DNA of 64,000 nt from Candidatus Latescibacterota bacterium (GTDB lineage Bacteria; Latescibacterota; UBA2968; GCA-2709665), in assembly GCA_965205485.1 (NCBI GenBank), contig OZ242180.1, positions 1,792,001 to 1,856,000 on the forward strand, written 5' to 3'. Under the pieces are notes generated by a model, which saw only the letters and a program-made list of their open reading frames with translations, did not search any database and was not told the origin of the DNA. Shown here piece after piece: positions 37,999 through 48,551 of this stretch. The translations under genes and the position numbers were made by a program. How positions within the stretch are numbered: position 1 is the stretch's first letter; each line of letters begins with the position of its first letter.

Positions 37999-39771
37999 GT
38001 GTCTGATGAGAATGATTCGAAGGGCCAGGACATTCATCCGGACGATCCGCGGTTGCCCAATATCCGTGAGGCGATGGCGTTTCTGCGCCCCTACGCCCGC
38101 GGGGCGTGGCACTGGTTCGCTCTCGACGCCCTGCTGAGCCTGCTGGCCATCGGCGCGGGTCTGGCCGCGCCGGCCCTGGCCGCCGTGACGATCGACGAGG
38201 CCGTGGAAGGACGCATCGGCTGGGGGTTACCTGCACTGGCCGTCGCTATGGTCGTGTCGGCGATCATCGACATCGTCGCGGAACCCGTGAGGGCCCGATT
38301 CCGCGCCCCCATCGAAAGGCGGCTGACGCGCGGATTGGTCGACCATGCGCTGGACCTCGGCCTGCCCGGCCGGCGGCCGTTCGACGACGGAGACCTGCAG
38401 AACCGGATCCGCTCCGAGGCGACGCAACTGCCGCGTTATCCGGAAACCCTGCTGCGGATCGGTACGGGGATCCTCACCGGCGCGGGCAGTCTCGCCGCGT
38501 TGTTATACGTACACTGGGTGTTTGTGGCCGTTGCGCTCGCAGGTATCGGGGGCGTCATCGTGCTGATGCGCCGGCTGATGGGCACGCTTACCGCCGGACA
38601 GACCGGAATTGATGAACTGAACAGCCGCATGGTAAACGCGTACACGGGCGCTCTTGCCGGAAGGCGTACGATACGCGCGGCGGGCACCCTGGAACGCGAG
38701 GTCGAACGGATCACGCGTCCGCTGCCCGGCCTGGCGGAAAAAACGCGCGAACTCATGGAGAACGCCGGCCGCGGCGGCGTGTTGGTGACCAGCGCCAATC
38801 ACGTCGTTCTGACGGTTACCGCCATTGCCGGCGTGCTTCTGTTGGCGTCCGGCGGCCTGACCGTGGGCGCGCTGATGGCCGCCATCCGCTACGCGCAGAT
38901 GACATACTGGAGCGTCGCCGGCGTATTGGACAACGGCTGGTTCCAGATCGCATACTTTCGCGCCCATGCGGCCCGGGTGCTGGCCGTTCTTCGATCTCCG
39001 GCCGCGGTGCCGGAACCCGGGTCGGACGCGTCCGGCGCCGCGGGACCCGGCGAGGTCAGGATCGAAGGCGTATCCCTGGGCGGGCCGGAAAGAGAAATCC
39101 TCCGGCGCGTGGACCTCCGTATCGCTCCAGGAACGACGGTGGCGCTGGTCGGACAGTCAGGCGTTGGCAAGACCACGCTCTCCGGGCTGATCGGCCGGCT
39201 CCAGGACCCGGACAGCGGCGTCGTTCGCATCGACGGCACGCCGGTTTCCGAAATGCCGCGCGACGTCCTCTCGCGCCGGGTGAGCTACGCATTCGAGCGG
39301 CCCGCGCTCTTCGGCGATACGATTCGCGACGTTATCGCGCTTGGAGCAGAAACCACCCAGGAGAAGGTGCGCGACGCTGCCCGACAGGTCGAAGCCGATG
39401 CGTTCATCGAGCGTCTGCCAAAGGGATACGATTCACCCCTACACGAGGCCCCGATGTCAGGCGGCGAACACCAGCGGCTGGGGCTCGCGCGGGCCTCGCT
39501 CCGGGATACGCCCATCCTGATTCTGGACGATGCCCTCAGCAGCCTGGACGTGGCCACCGAGGCGCGCGTCCTGGCGGCATTGCGAAGACTCGGGAGGTCG
39601 CGGACGACCGTCGTGATTGCCCACCGGGCGAGTACTGCGGCAGCAGCCGACCGGGTGGCCTGGCTCTACAAAGGCGAGGTCCGGCGTGTGGCGCCTCACG
39701 CCGAACTCTGGCGGGACCCTTCCTACCGCGCCGCGTTCCAGGGCGACACGGCGGAGGAGGAAGCTGAATGA
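37999..39771 (+). CDS. ABC exporter, fused TMD + ATPase (RamA/RamB-like subunit)
   Basis: Walker A GQSGVGKT, signature MSGGEHQR, degenerate Walker B LILDD, C-terminal PHAELWRDPSYRAAF. Confidence 0.88.
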   Translation: MSDENDSKGQDIHPDDPRLPNIREAMAFLRPYARGAWHWFALDALLSLLAIGAGLAAPALAAVTIDEAVEGRIGWGLPALAVAMVVSAIIDIVAEPVRARFRAPIERRLTRGLVDHALDLGLPGRRPFDDGDLQNRIRSEATQLPRYPETLLRIGTGILTGAGSLAALLYVHWVFVAVALAGIGGVIVLMRRLMGTLTAGQTGIDELNSRMVNAYTGALAGRRTIRAAGTLEREVERITRPLPGLAEKTRELMENAGRGGVLVTSANHVVLTVTAIAGVLLLASGGLTVGALMAAIRYAQMTYWSVAGVLDNGWFQIAYFRAHAARVLAVLRSPAAVPEPGSDASGAAGPGEVRIEGVSLGGPEREILRRVDLRIAPGTTVALVGQSGVGKTTLSGLIGRLQDPDSGVVRIDGTPVSEMPRDVLSRRVSYAFERPALFGDTIRDVIALGAETTQEKVRDAARQVEADAFIERLPKGYDSPLHEAPMSGGEHQRLGLARASLRDTPILILDDALSSLDVATEARVLAALRRLGRSRTTVVIAHRASTAAAADRVAWLYKGEVRRVAPHAELWRDPSYRAAFQGDTAEEEAE

Positions 39772-41462
39772 CGCCCATCCGATCGCTCTACGGCTACGTG
39801 TCAAGGCACCGCGGATGCCTGTTTCGTATCGCCGTGTGCAGCGTGGGCGTGACACTCGCGCCGGCGTTCTCCGGTCGCCTCATCGCCAGCGCCGTCGACA
39901 CGGCGCGCGCGGGCGATCTCTCAGCGTCCCTGGTGTGGATCGGCGGGCTTCTGGTCGCGGGCGCGGTCGGCGTCTGGTCGCTGTTGCGTCTCTCGCACTG
40001 GTCGGCGATACTCACTTCGAGGGTACAGGTCGACCTGACTCGCGACACCGTTCTGCACACCCTGGGAGATGCGGTGCATTCGGACCGGGTCCTGCGTTCA
40101 GGCGCGGAACTCACCCAGCATGTACCGTCGCTCGTCGACGTGCTGGCGCACTTTCTGCGTCTGGGCCCGAGCGGCCTTTTCGCCATCGGATCCGCGGCCG
40201 GACTCGCGACGTTGTCGTGGACGCTTCTGGTCCTGGCTTTGCCCTGGCTCGTTGTTGCCGCGTTTCTGCAGATCGTGGTTGTCCGCGCCAAGGTCCGCAA
40301 CGAAACGGCGTCCATGCTTGCGGAAGAGGATACCCACGGCGAGACGACCCGCGCGCTCCAGTCGGTGCGGGATCTGATGGCTGCGGGCGCGAAGGGTTTC
40401 GCCATGGACCGGGTTGAAAACAGGATAAACCGGTCCGTCGGGGCGTCGCTCAGGCAATATGACCATCAGGCCGTCGGATTCGGAGTCGTGAACGCCGTCG
40501 CCACCACGTTTCCCGCCCTGACTGCCCTGGGCTTCGTCCCGTACCTGGTACGCAACGATCTGCTGAGCGCGGGAGAAGTGGTCGGGTCGTTTACGTACCT
40601 GCTCGCGGGTTTGACGGCGGCGACGGCGTTCGTGACGTACGGGCTGTCCAAACTGGTCACGTTGCGCGTCCACCATGCGCGCCTGCTGGCCTCCGTCGGA
40701 GACGGCACGGTACCGGTGAAGGGAGGTGAAGCGTGCATGCCGCCGCCACGACAGCCGGTATTGGCGGTGCGCGATCTGACCTTTGCGTACGGCGCAGGGG
40801 AGCCGATCGTCGAAAGCTTTTCATTGGATCTCCCTTCAGGAGACCATCTGGCCATCGTTGGACCCAGTGGGATCGGCAAGTCTACGCTGGCCGCCCTGCT
40901 GGCCGGGGTGCTGCGTCCGGACAACGGCACGATCACGGTCGACGGGGAGCCCTGTTTTCTGCGGACGGACCGTACAGGTCTGATTACGATGGTGCCCCAG
41001 GAGGCGTACGTTTTCGCGGGTACGCTGCGCGAGAACCTGGTGTATCTGCGGCCTTCGGCATCCGATGAGGAGATCGTCGCGTCCGCACGCGCGGTGGGGC
41101 TCGATCGTGTTTTGAATCGGCTGGGCGGCCTGGACGCGGAAGTCAACCTCACGAAGTCCGGCCTTTCCGAGGGGGAACGTCAGCTTGTGACCCTGGTGCG
41201 GGCGCATCTGGCGGCGTCGCCGATTATCGTGCTGGATGAGGCCGCCTGTCACCTCGATCCGGCCGCGGAGGAACGCGCCGAGCGAGCGTTCATGGCCCTT
41301 GGCCGCACCCTGATCGTCGTTGCCCACCGCATGGCGGCCGCCCGGCGTGCGAAGCGGGTGCTGGTGATGGACGGCGGGGGCATCGACGTCGGCAGCCACG
41401 AAGAGCTGCTGGACCGGCACGCGCTGTACGCCGATTTCCATGGGCTGTGGCAGCAGGCATAA
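39768..41462 (+). CDS. ABC exporter, fused TMD + ATPase (partner subunit)
   Basis: GPSGIGKS, PQEAYVFAGTLRENL.YL, degenerate signature LSEGERQ, LDEAACHLDPAAEERAERAF; ATGA overlap with the upstream gene. Confidence 0.88.
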   Translation: MTPIRSLYGYVSRHRGCLFRIAVCSVGVTLAPAFSGRLIASAVDTARAGDLSASLVWIGGLLVAGAVGVWSLLRLSHWSAILTSRVQVDLTRDTVLHTLGDAVHSDRVLRSGAELTQHVPSLVDVLAHFLRLGPSGLFAIGSAAGLATLSWTLLVLALPWLVVAAFLQIVVVRAKVRNETASMLAEEDTHGETTRALQSVRDLMAAGAKGFAMDRVENRINRSVGASLRQYDHQAVGFGVVNAVATTFPALTALGFVPYLVRNDLLSAGEVVGSFTYLLAGLTAATAFVTYGLSKLVTLRVHHARLLASVGDGTVPVKGGEACMPPPRQPVLAVRDLTFAYGAGEPIVESFSLDLPSGDHLAIVGPSGIGKSTLAALLAGVLRPDNGTITVDGEPCFLRTDRTGLITMVPQEAYVFAGTLRENLVYLRPSASDEEIVASARAVGLDRVLNRLGGLDAEVNLTKSGLSEGERQLVTLVRAHLAASPIIVLDEAACHLDPAAEERAERAFMALGRTLIVVAHRMAAARRAKRVLVMDGGGIDVGSHEELLDRHALYADFHGLWQQA

Positions 41463-41590
41463 GGGCGAAGAGACGAGAATACGAGAATACGAACAGACGA
41501 GAAAGCCGGAAGACGAGTGATGGATTCCCGCTTTTTCGTAGTTTCACTTCTTTCGTAGTTTCGTACCGCGATAGGACTCAGGAGGGTGAA

Positions 41591-42742
41591 TTGGCAAGGC
41601 ATGTGGTAATCTTCTTTATTTTTCTGGTGTTCCTTTCGCCGAGCCTTGAAGCTGCGCCACCGGAGATTCGTCCGGCGCTGGCCGCATTCATCGACGGCCG
41701 GTATGCCGATGCCGAGGACAGTCTGAAGAACCTGCTCAAGCAGCCCGGGACCGACCGCGCGCGGATCTGCTATCTGCTGGGCCGCATCAATACATGGGAA
41801 GGGGACGTCGAGGCGGGATTCGATTGGTTCAAGAAGGCCGTCGAGTCAAATCCGGAATCGGCCGACTATCAATACTGGCTGGGGATGGTTTACGGCGCGA
41901 GGGCGCAGCGCGCCGGCATTTTCGGGAAGCCCGGCAAGGCCCGCCGCGCCCGCAAGGCGTTTGAGAAGGCGGTTCGTCTGGATCCCGATCACTTCGCCGC
42001 ACGTACCAAGCTGGTGGAGTACCATCTCTTCGCGCCGGGCATTTTGGGCGGCAGCAAGGATAAAGCGCTGAAACAGGCCGCGGAGATCGCATCCCGGAAC
42101 CCGATGGAAGGGCACATGGCGCAGGCCATCATCCACGCGAAGGAAAAGGCGCAGGACAAACGGGAAAAATCCTACCTCGATGCGGTCGCGTCTGCGAACG
42201 GCGACGTCCGCCCGGTGATCTCACTGGCGACGCACTATCTCCGCGACGAACGGCGACGCGACGCGATCCGGGTCTACGAGACGTTTCTGGAGTCCCATCC
42301 CAACCGTAGCCCGATTCTGCGGCGATTGAGCAACCTGTATCGGCTGGAGAAGGAAAACGAAAAGGCGTTGGAGGCCGCTCGTCGCAGCCTTGAAATGGCG
42401 ACGGAAGCGCTCGCAGCGCTGGCGGCCGATTCACACCCGGGCGTTCAATCTTTCGAGAAAGCGCTGACGGCCGAGGGATTTCGGCTTCAGGCCCTCTATG
42501 CGATCGGCAGGTTCTCCGCCCTGACCGGGATGGAACTGGATCTGGGATTTGAATCGCTGACGACCTATCTTCGCCAACAGCCGGCGCGATGGAAGTTCGC
42601 ACGCATAAACGGACTCTACAGGCTGGGCCGTATCTACGCGCGCCAGGGAAGACAGGACCGCGCGCGCGACGCGTACAGGAACGTCCTGAAATTGAATAAA
42701 GACCATAAGGGCGCGAGAAAAGCGCTGGAGAAACTGGAGTAA
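41591..42742 (+). CDS. Secreted tetratricopeptide repeat protein
   Basis: Signal peptide; TPR motifs (FKKAVESNPESADYQYWLG, FEKAVRLDPDH); TTG start behind GGAGG. Confidence 0.85.
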   Translation: MARHVVIFFIFLVFLSPSLEAAPPEIRPALAAFIDGRYADAEDSLKNLLKQPGTDRARICYLLGRINTWEGDVEAGFDWFKKAVESNPESADYQYWLGMVYGARAQRAGIFGKPGKARRARKAFEKAVRLDPDHFAARTKLVEYHLFAPGILGGSKDKALKQAAEIASRNPMEGHMAQAIIHAKEKAQDKREKSYLDAVASANGDVRPVISLATHYLRDERRRDAIRVYETFLESHPNRSPILRRLSNLYRLEKENEKALEAARRSLEMATEALAALAADSHPGVQSFEKALTAEGFRLQALYAIGRFSALTGMELDLGFESLTTYLRQQPARWKFARINGLYRLGRIYARQGRQDRARDAYRNVLKLNKDHKGARKALEKLE

Positions 42743-42774
42743 GTACAATAGTCTACTAACAGGAGGACACGTCC

Positions 42775-43833
42775 ATGTCAAAACCCGAATACCGCGCGGT
42801 GATTATCGGCCTGACCGGCATTGGCGCAAGGCGGCCCGAGGAAGATGGGCGCCTGCCGGTTTACGGCCCGATGCCCGGCTCGCACGCCGCCGCGTACGAT
42901 CGGCATCCTCAGACCCGGGTGGTGGGTGCGTGCGACCTCAGGGCGGAGGCGCTGGCGGATTTCAAAGACCAGTGGGGAGACGTGTGGCCGCATGCGGGTC
43001 TCTATACCGATTACCGGGAGATGCTGGAAGTGGAGAAGCCGGACCTGGTGAGCGTGGCGACTTCGGACCACGTTCACGCCGAAATGACCGTGGATGCCGC
43101 CGAGAGCGGAGCGCTTGCCATCCTGTGCGAAAAGCCGATCGCCACCTCGCTGGAAGACGCGGACCGGATGATCGCCGCCGCCGAAGCCAACGGCGTACTG
43201 CTCTCGATCGAGCACACCAGGCGGTGGAATCCGAGCTATCTCGAGGCGCGAGAGATCATTCGAAGGGGGGAGATCGGACCGCTGCGAACGGTTGTGTGCG
43301 AGCAGTTCAGCCGCCGGGCGATGATGTTCCGGAACGGCACTCACCTGCTGGACATGATCTGCTTCTTCGCCGAGGCCAATCCGCTGTGGCTCGCGGCCGA
43401 ACTCGAAGAGGGGTTCGAGCATTTCACCGAATACAAGGGGGACGGCGGGAAAGATCCGGCCGTCGATCCGTACGCATCGGCGTACATCCGGTTCGACAAC
43501 GGCGTGAGGGCGTTCTACAATGCCTTTAAAGTGAATTATCCCGGTTCGCAGTTCTCGCTGACGTGCGAGGATGGACGCATCGAGATTTCCGACCGGGGCG
43601 CATCCCTGATCCGGAGCAGGTCGCACTACGAGTCGTCCACGTCACCCATTCTGTCCGGGAAATACGCCATGGAGAACCAGACGGCCGCGGTGGGAGAACT
43701 CATCCGGGTACTCGAGGAAGGCGGCGACCTGGTTTCGCCCGCGCGGGAGGCGCGCAAGACAGTGGCGATTATGATGGGGATCCTGAAGTCGCACCACGGC
43801 GGGAACTGCCGGGTCGAATTCCCTTTGCCGTGA
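42775..43833 (+). CDS. Gfo/Idh/MocA family oxidoreductase
   Basis: IIGLTGIG, YTDYREML, CEKPIA, GTHLLD. Confidence 0.9.
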   Translation: MSKPEYRAVIIGLTGIGARRPEEDGRLPVYGPMPGSHAAAYDRHPQTRVVGACDLRAEALADFKDQWGDVWPHAGLYTDYREMLEVEKPDLVSVATSDHVHAEMTVDAAESGALAILCEKPIATSLEDADRMIAAAEANGVLLSIEHTRRWNPSYLEAREIIRRGEIGPLRTVVCEQFSRRAMMFRNGTHLLDMICFFAEANPLWLAAELEEGFEHFTEYKGDGGKDPAVDPYASAYIRFDNGVRAFYNAFKVNYPGSQFSLTCEDGRIEISDRGASLIRSRSHYESSTSPILSGKYAMENQTAAVGELIRVLEEGGDLVSPAREARKTVAIMMGILKSHHGGNCRVEFPLP

Positions 43834-43840
43834 GGGGTGG

Positions 43841-44917
43841 CTAGATAGTCACCGTCTGCCCTCCCGCGCGTAGAGATCGGACCCCGGCCTCGGCTACGCG
43901 CATGGCATTGAGGCCGTCCTCCTGAGTCACGCTGAAGGGTTCGTCTTTCAGGCAGCGGTCGACGAAATACGCGAGTTCCCGTTTGTACGACGGTCCGAAC
44001 CGCTCGATGAATACCGGGACTTCCCCGCCGTAATCTCTCATCCGGAAGTCCTTCTTTTCAAAAACGCCTCCCCGGTCGTACGCTTCCACCGTCACCCGCA
44101 GCGGATCTTCCTGGAAGTGACCCACGTGGATGAGCCCGCCCCCTCCGTAGATCCACGTTTCGTTGCGATACCCGGCCACGTGGTTTCTGCTCACCTGGAC
44201 CTGCGCGATAACGTCGCCGGGAAACGTCATATGCAGGTGCGCGTCGTCGAAATCCTCCTTCACGGTCGTTACTCTGAAGTTGTGCAGGTTTGCACCTGTG
44301 GCGCCGACCCGTTCCGGAAGCGCGCCAAGAAGCCAGATCGCTTCGTCGATGTTATGCACGGCCATGTCCGGCACGATGCCCGGGCTGTTGTAGCCCACCG
44401 GCGGCGGGTGCGGGTCTTCGAGGACGGAGACGACCTTGAACGGGTCGCCGATAGCGTTCCGGTCCAGCAGGGATTTCGCATGGAGCAGCGGCTCGTCGAA
44501 GCGCCTCATAAAGGCCTGCATCAGGGCCTGCTTTTTCGTATTATCTCTCGACAGGTATCTGACGAAGTCGGCTGCGGCCTCGACCGAACCGGTAAGGGGC
44601 TTTTCGAGCATCACGCGGCAGCCCGCATCGATCAGCGTCCGGGCGTCGGATTCGTGGTCTTCGGTCCTCGAAGCCACAACGGCCGCGTCGATCAGCCCGG
44701 CGTCCGCCAGGTCCCGCGTGCTCTTGAAGGCGCGGATTTCGGACGCCTGGTTCTTCCGGAGATTGCGGGCGACGTCTTCGGCGGTGTCGCCGTAGCGGTC
44801 AACCACGGCGACAAGCTCGCAGGTACCCGCTGTTTCGCCCAGTTCCTGGACGTGCCTGGCGTGGAAAACGCCGATGCGCCCCACGCCCACAACCGCGAGT
44901 TTCAAGGGTTTGTTCAT
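43841..44917 (-). CDS. Gfo/Idh/MocA family oxidoreductase (inositol 2-dehydrogenase-like)
   Basis: VVGVGRIG, LEKPL, FMRRFD, DMAVHNID. Confidence 0.9.
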   Translation of the reverse strand: MNKPLKLAVVGVGRIGVFHARHVQELGETAGTCELVAVVDRYGDTAEDVARNLRKNQASEIRAFKSTRDLADAGLIDAAVVASRTEDHESDARTLIDAGCRVMLEKPLTGSVEAAADFVRYLSRDNTKKQALMQAFMRRFDEPLLHAKSLLDRNAIGDPFKVVSVLEDPHPPPVGYNSPGIVPDMAVHNIDEAIWLLGALPERVGATGANLHNFRVTTVKEDFDDAHLHMTFPGDVIAQVQVSRNHVAGYRNETWIYGGGGLIHVGHFQEDPLRVTVEAYDRGGVFEKKDFRMRDYGGEVPVFIERFGPSYKRELAYFVDRCLKDEPFSVTQEDGLNAMRVAEAGVRSLRAGGQTVTI

Positions 44918-45042
44918 TGTCTGAACGGTCTCCTGGAGAAGGGCCGGATGGACAGGAAGACTTCAATCGGCGGCTTCAAAATTAGGAAACTCACCGGCGA
45001 GATGCAAGCAATCAGCAGTAAGCTAAATTCGAAGATGGGCTC

Positions 45043-45099
45043 ACACGAAGACACAAAGGCACAAAGTGAAAGGCGGGCGACCACAAGGGTCGCCCCTAC
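45043..45099 (-). repeat. CACGAAGACACAAAG module plus GTAG-type REP (family D)
   Basis: GGGCGACCACAAGGGTCGCCCCTAC at 45075-45099 is the reverse complement of 52520-52544; degenerate copy near 51183-51204. Confidence 0.8.
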
Positions 45100-45155
45100 A
45101 AATACAACGATAGCGCGTAACCCAACGAAATCGATTCGTGGTTGGAGGAGACGAG

Positions 45156-48100
45156 ATGGTCAGAATGCCTGTGAAGGGTGAGGTCGTGGAGGATGAACCG
45201 GCGCTGCGGGCGCTGTACGAGGGTTTACATCTTCGCGACCCGCTGCCGGATCACGAGCCGGACAGGTACGCGCGCGCCGCGCGGTTCCACGAAGACGTGA
45301 TCGGCGGCGGCAAGCGGCAGGGGCTGGCGGGCATCTACAATCGCGGGGACCTGGAGCGCGCCCGGCGAAACGCGGAGCGGCTGGACTGGGCACGGGACAT
45401 GGTGGACCGGATCGTACGGGATGCCGACTTCTGGGCGAGGTTCTCCGATGAGACGCTCTTTGCGATGGTGCCCACGCAGAATCCCATGGCGTTGACCGTG
45501 GCCCAGTACGACGGGTGTCCGATTCACGGCGGCAACCGGTCCACGCTCGAAGGCGATCTCCTGCATCCGTACCAGTGGCGGTGCAATCTGGGCGGCGAGT
45601 GGTGGTACCATGGCATCGAGGTCGTCAATCCGGGCACTGGAGTGCCGGTTCGGATGGTGGACGACGGACCGGGGTGGACGGCCCCCCCGGGATTCCCGAA
45701 CTCCGGCGTGACGTACTACTTCGTCGGCGCGTACCGGTGTTATCTGCTATATCGTTTGTTTTCCAGCCCCTACGCTCCTCAAACGGGCGAGGGGCACCAG
45801 GGACGACCCGCCTCCCAGGCGCTGGCCCTGGCCTACGCGTTTACGGGTGAACGCAAGTACGCACATAAGGCAGGGGTCCTGCTGAACCGGCTGGCCGACG
45901 TGTACGGGAGGCTGCAGGGCATCAAGGAGGGGTACGAGGCCTACGATCGGAGCAAGGATCCCATTCGGGGCTACGTCGGTGAGGCGTCCGGACGGGAGCA
46001 GTCCTTCCTGCACAACGTGGCGCTGACGTACGATCTCGTCTTTGAGGCCATAGGGGAGGACGAAGACCTGGTGGGATTCTTCGAGGCCAGGGACGGAAGG
46101 GGCGGACCGGAGGCAACGTCAGATATCAACTTTAACATCCACCGGAACCTGTTCGCGTATGCCTACGAGTTTCTGGACCGCACGCTGCCTATCGCCGGCG
46201 GCGATTTTCTGACGTCGTCGCTCTACTGCCTGCTCGAAGTCGGGGCCTGCATGCAGAACGGTGCGATGATCCGGCAGGCCCTGGAAGCGCCTACGGGTCT
46301 CTACAACGTGATGTCCAACAGCTTCTTTCGGGACGGGAAGTTCTGGTACGACTCGATCGGCTACGGCGCGGGCAACATCCGGGGGGCGCTGAATGCCGCC
46401 GAATGGACCCTCGGGTTTCAGGATGGGGAGTACTTCACGTCGCCGGTCGACCTGTATCGCGACCCGAAGTTCCGGCTTCGGGAGATGATGGAATTCGCGA
46501 GCGCGGTGGACTGCGACGGCCGTGTGCCCATGATCGGGGACACGGGCGGAGGTCGGAACAGCGTGTTGCGCACGCCGTATTCGCTGGAGGACGAGATCGG
46601 CTACCTGCGTCTGCCGGAGGCGAGGGACCTTTACGCGCACCGGATTCTGGCGGGTACCGGCGGCAACCCGGACGCTGCGCGCAAGGACGGCGACCTCTAT
46701 CTCCTGTTCCACTGCGAACCGTGGAATGAGACAGTGAAGGCGGGACGTGAATCGTCCGGAAGCGACGTGTTGCACGATTCGGGCTTCTGCATCCTGCGCG
46801 CGGGCGATGAACAGGCCGGCCGCCGGCATGTTGTGTTGAATTACGGTAAGGGGAACCGGGGCCACGGGCATATGGACAAGCTGGCGGTGAATATCATCGC
46901 GTTCGGCTACGATCTGTCCGCGGACCTGGGCTATCCACCAAGCTGGGTGGCGCCAAAGAAGGACGGATGGGAAACGCACACGGCCAGCCATTTTACCGCG
47001 GTCATCGACGGCAGAAACCAGGTTTTCGCAACGGGAAGCCTGAATCTGCTGGTGGAGGGGCCGTGGGTGCGGCTGGCCGATGCGTCCGCCGAACGGGCCT
47101 ATCCGGACCTTGCGAAACTGTACCGGCGGGCGGTGGCTCTGGTTCCGGTGGACGACGAGCGGGCCTACGTGGTCGATCTGTTCCGAGTTTCCGGGGGTTC
47201 GGAACACGACTACAGCTTCCACAGCTGGGCGGGGGAGAATGCGGAACGGTTCGATATCGCACTGTCCGGGGGCGCCTCCTTCGAGAAGCAGGCCGATGGC
47301 ACCCTCGCCGGTCCCGACGTCCCGTTCGGAGAGGCGCCCGGATACGGGTACGTGAAGGACGTGGCGAGGGCCCGCATGGACCGCGGGGTGACGGCAGCCT
47401 GGCGGACGGAGGAAGACGGCGCCGGCATTCGGCTTCATATGACCGGCGAGGCGGGTTCAACGGTGATCACCGGGCTCGCTGAGGGAACGGGACTGCAGGG
47501 CCACAGCCCGTGGGACCGGTACGTCATCGTGCGGCGTTCGGGACGGCACGGGAAGGAAAACCGGTTCGCGGGCGTTCTGGAGCCGTTTTCAGGCAGGCCC
47601 TATATTGACGGGGTCGCGCCGCTGCCGGCCGGAGGACGCACCGCGGGCATGCGGGTCGAGATCGGTAATCGGGTCCACTATATCTTGTTCGGTCTGGATG
47701 GCGTCGCGGAGGGCGAGGTAGACGGCCTGCCGTTCCTGTTCGACGGAGACTGGGCATTCGTGGAACGCGAGGGCGACGCGATCCGGCGGGCGCAGGTCGT
47801 GAACGGAAGGGTGTTCCGTTTCGGAGAGATTGAAATGGAAGGGCCCGGCGAATGGGCGGGACAGGTGCACGCGGTGGATATCGACCGCCGCCGGATCCTC
47901 GTCTCGTCGGGGGTCCCGCTTCCGCTGGACGGCTCGCTGGCGGGGCGGACGGTTGTCATCGCGCATCCCAACTACATCTGTAACTCGTCGTGCGAGATCA
48001 CGGGCATCGAGGATGCGGGCGACGGCCGGTATCTGATCGCGATGGAGGAGATGGACCTGCTGTTGAGCGAGGGACGGATTGCGAGGGTGGAAGGCGCAAC

Positions 48101-48332
48101 GCTGATTACGGACACCCCGATGCTGAAGCTCGAGGTCGTACGCGATTTATTTGACGGAAAGACGATTTCGCACACGCGAGGGCAGACCGGGCCGCGATTG
48201 AAATCGGCTGAGAAGGGCAGGCTTACGCTCGCCGATCCCGGCGAAGCGCCGGCGTTTGCCGGGCAGCCATTCTACATATACGACGTCGCACCCGGGGACT
48301 CCTGGCGGATACCGCATGTGTGGCATATGTAA
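45156..48332 (+). CDS. Heparinase II/III-like polysaccharide lyase family protein
   Basis: GHGHMDKL, ADLGYP, HTASHFTAVIDG, YRRAV, YVVDLFRVSGG..HDYSFH; start behind GGAGGAG. Confidence 0.8.
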   Translation: MVRMPVKGEVVEDEPALRALYEGLHLRDPLPDHEPDRYARAARFHEDVIGGGKRQGLAGIYNRGDLERARRNAERLDWARDMVDRIVRDADFWARFSDETLFAMVPTQNPMALTVAQYDGCPIHGGNRSTLEGDLLHPYQWRCNLGGEWWYHGIEVVNPGTGVPVRMVDDGPGWTAPPGFPNSGVTYYFVGAYRCYLLYRLFSSPYAPQTGEGHQGRPASQALALAYAFTGERKYAHKAGVLLNRLADVYGRLQGIKEGYEAYDRSKDPIRGYVGEASGREQSFLHNVALTYDLVFEAIGEDEDLVGFFEARDGRGGPEATSDINFNIHRNLFAYAYEFLDRTLPIAGGDFLTSSLYCLLEVGACMQNGAMIRQALEAPTGLYNVMSNSFFRDGKFWYDSIGYGAGNIRGALNAAEWTLGFQDGEYFTSPVDLYRDPKFRLREMMEFASAVDCDGRVPMIGDTGGGRNSVLRTPYSLEDEIGYLRLPEARDLYAHRILAGTGGNPDAARKDGDLYLLFHCEPWNETVKAGRESSGSDVLHDSGFCILRAGDEQAGRRHVVLNYGKGNRGHGHMDKLAVNIIAFGYDLSADLGYPPSWVAPKKDGWETHTASHFTAVIDGRNQVFATGSLNLLVEGPWVRLADASAERAYPDLAKLYRRAVALVPVDDERAYVVDLFRVSGGSEHDYSFHSWAGENAERFDIALSGGASFEKQADGTLAGPDVPFGEAPGYGYVKDVARARMDRGVTAAWRTEEDGAGIRLHMTGEAGSTVITGLAEGTGLQGHSPWDRYVIVRRSGRHGKENRFAGVLEPFSGRPYIDGVAPLPAGGRTAGMRVEIGNRVHYILFGLDGVAEGEVDGLPFLFDGDWAFVEREGDAIRRAQVVNGRVFRFGEIEMEGPGEWAGQVHAVDIDRRRILVSSGVPLPLDGSLAGRTVVIAHPNYICNSSCEITGIEDAGDGRYLIAMEEMDLLLSEGRIARVEGATLITDTPMLKLEVVRDLFDGKTISHTRGQTGPRLKSAEKGRLTLADPGEAPAFAGQPFYIYDVAPGDSWRIPHVWHM

Positions 48333-48373
48333 AGTTTCGCGTGACCCGGCGCGGGATCGGGGGCAGTGTCCCT

Positions 48374-48524
48374 GGAGCGAGGGCATCCCTGCCCTCGACG
48401 GCCGATTCGCGAGGTCTTGGCGCCGATATTCCAGACCTGGTTTTGGATGGAAGTGAAGCAATATGCCCTTGATGTGTAAATTCGTCGGTAGCTGGAAGTT
48501 CGAGGGCAGGGATGCCCTCGCTCC
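48374..48524. repeat. Inverted doublet of REP-like palindrome family E (REPIN-like)
   Basis: GGAGCGAGGGCATCCCTGCCCTCG at 48374-48397 and its exact reverse complement at 48501-48524; single copies at 51135 and 52477. Confidence 0.85.
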
Positions 48525-48551
48525 GGATATGGGTAGATCATGTCGCGGTTT

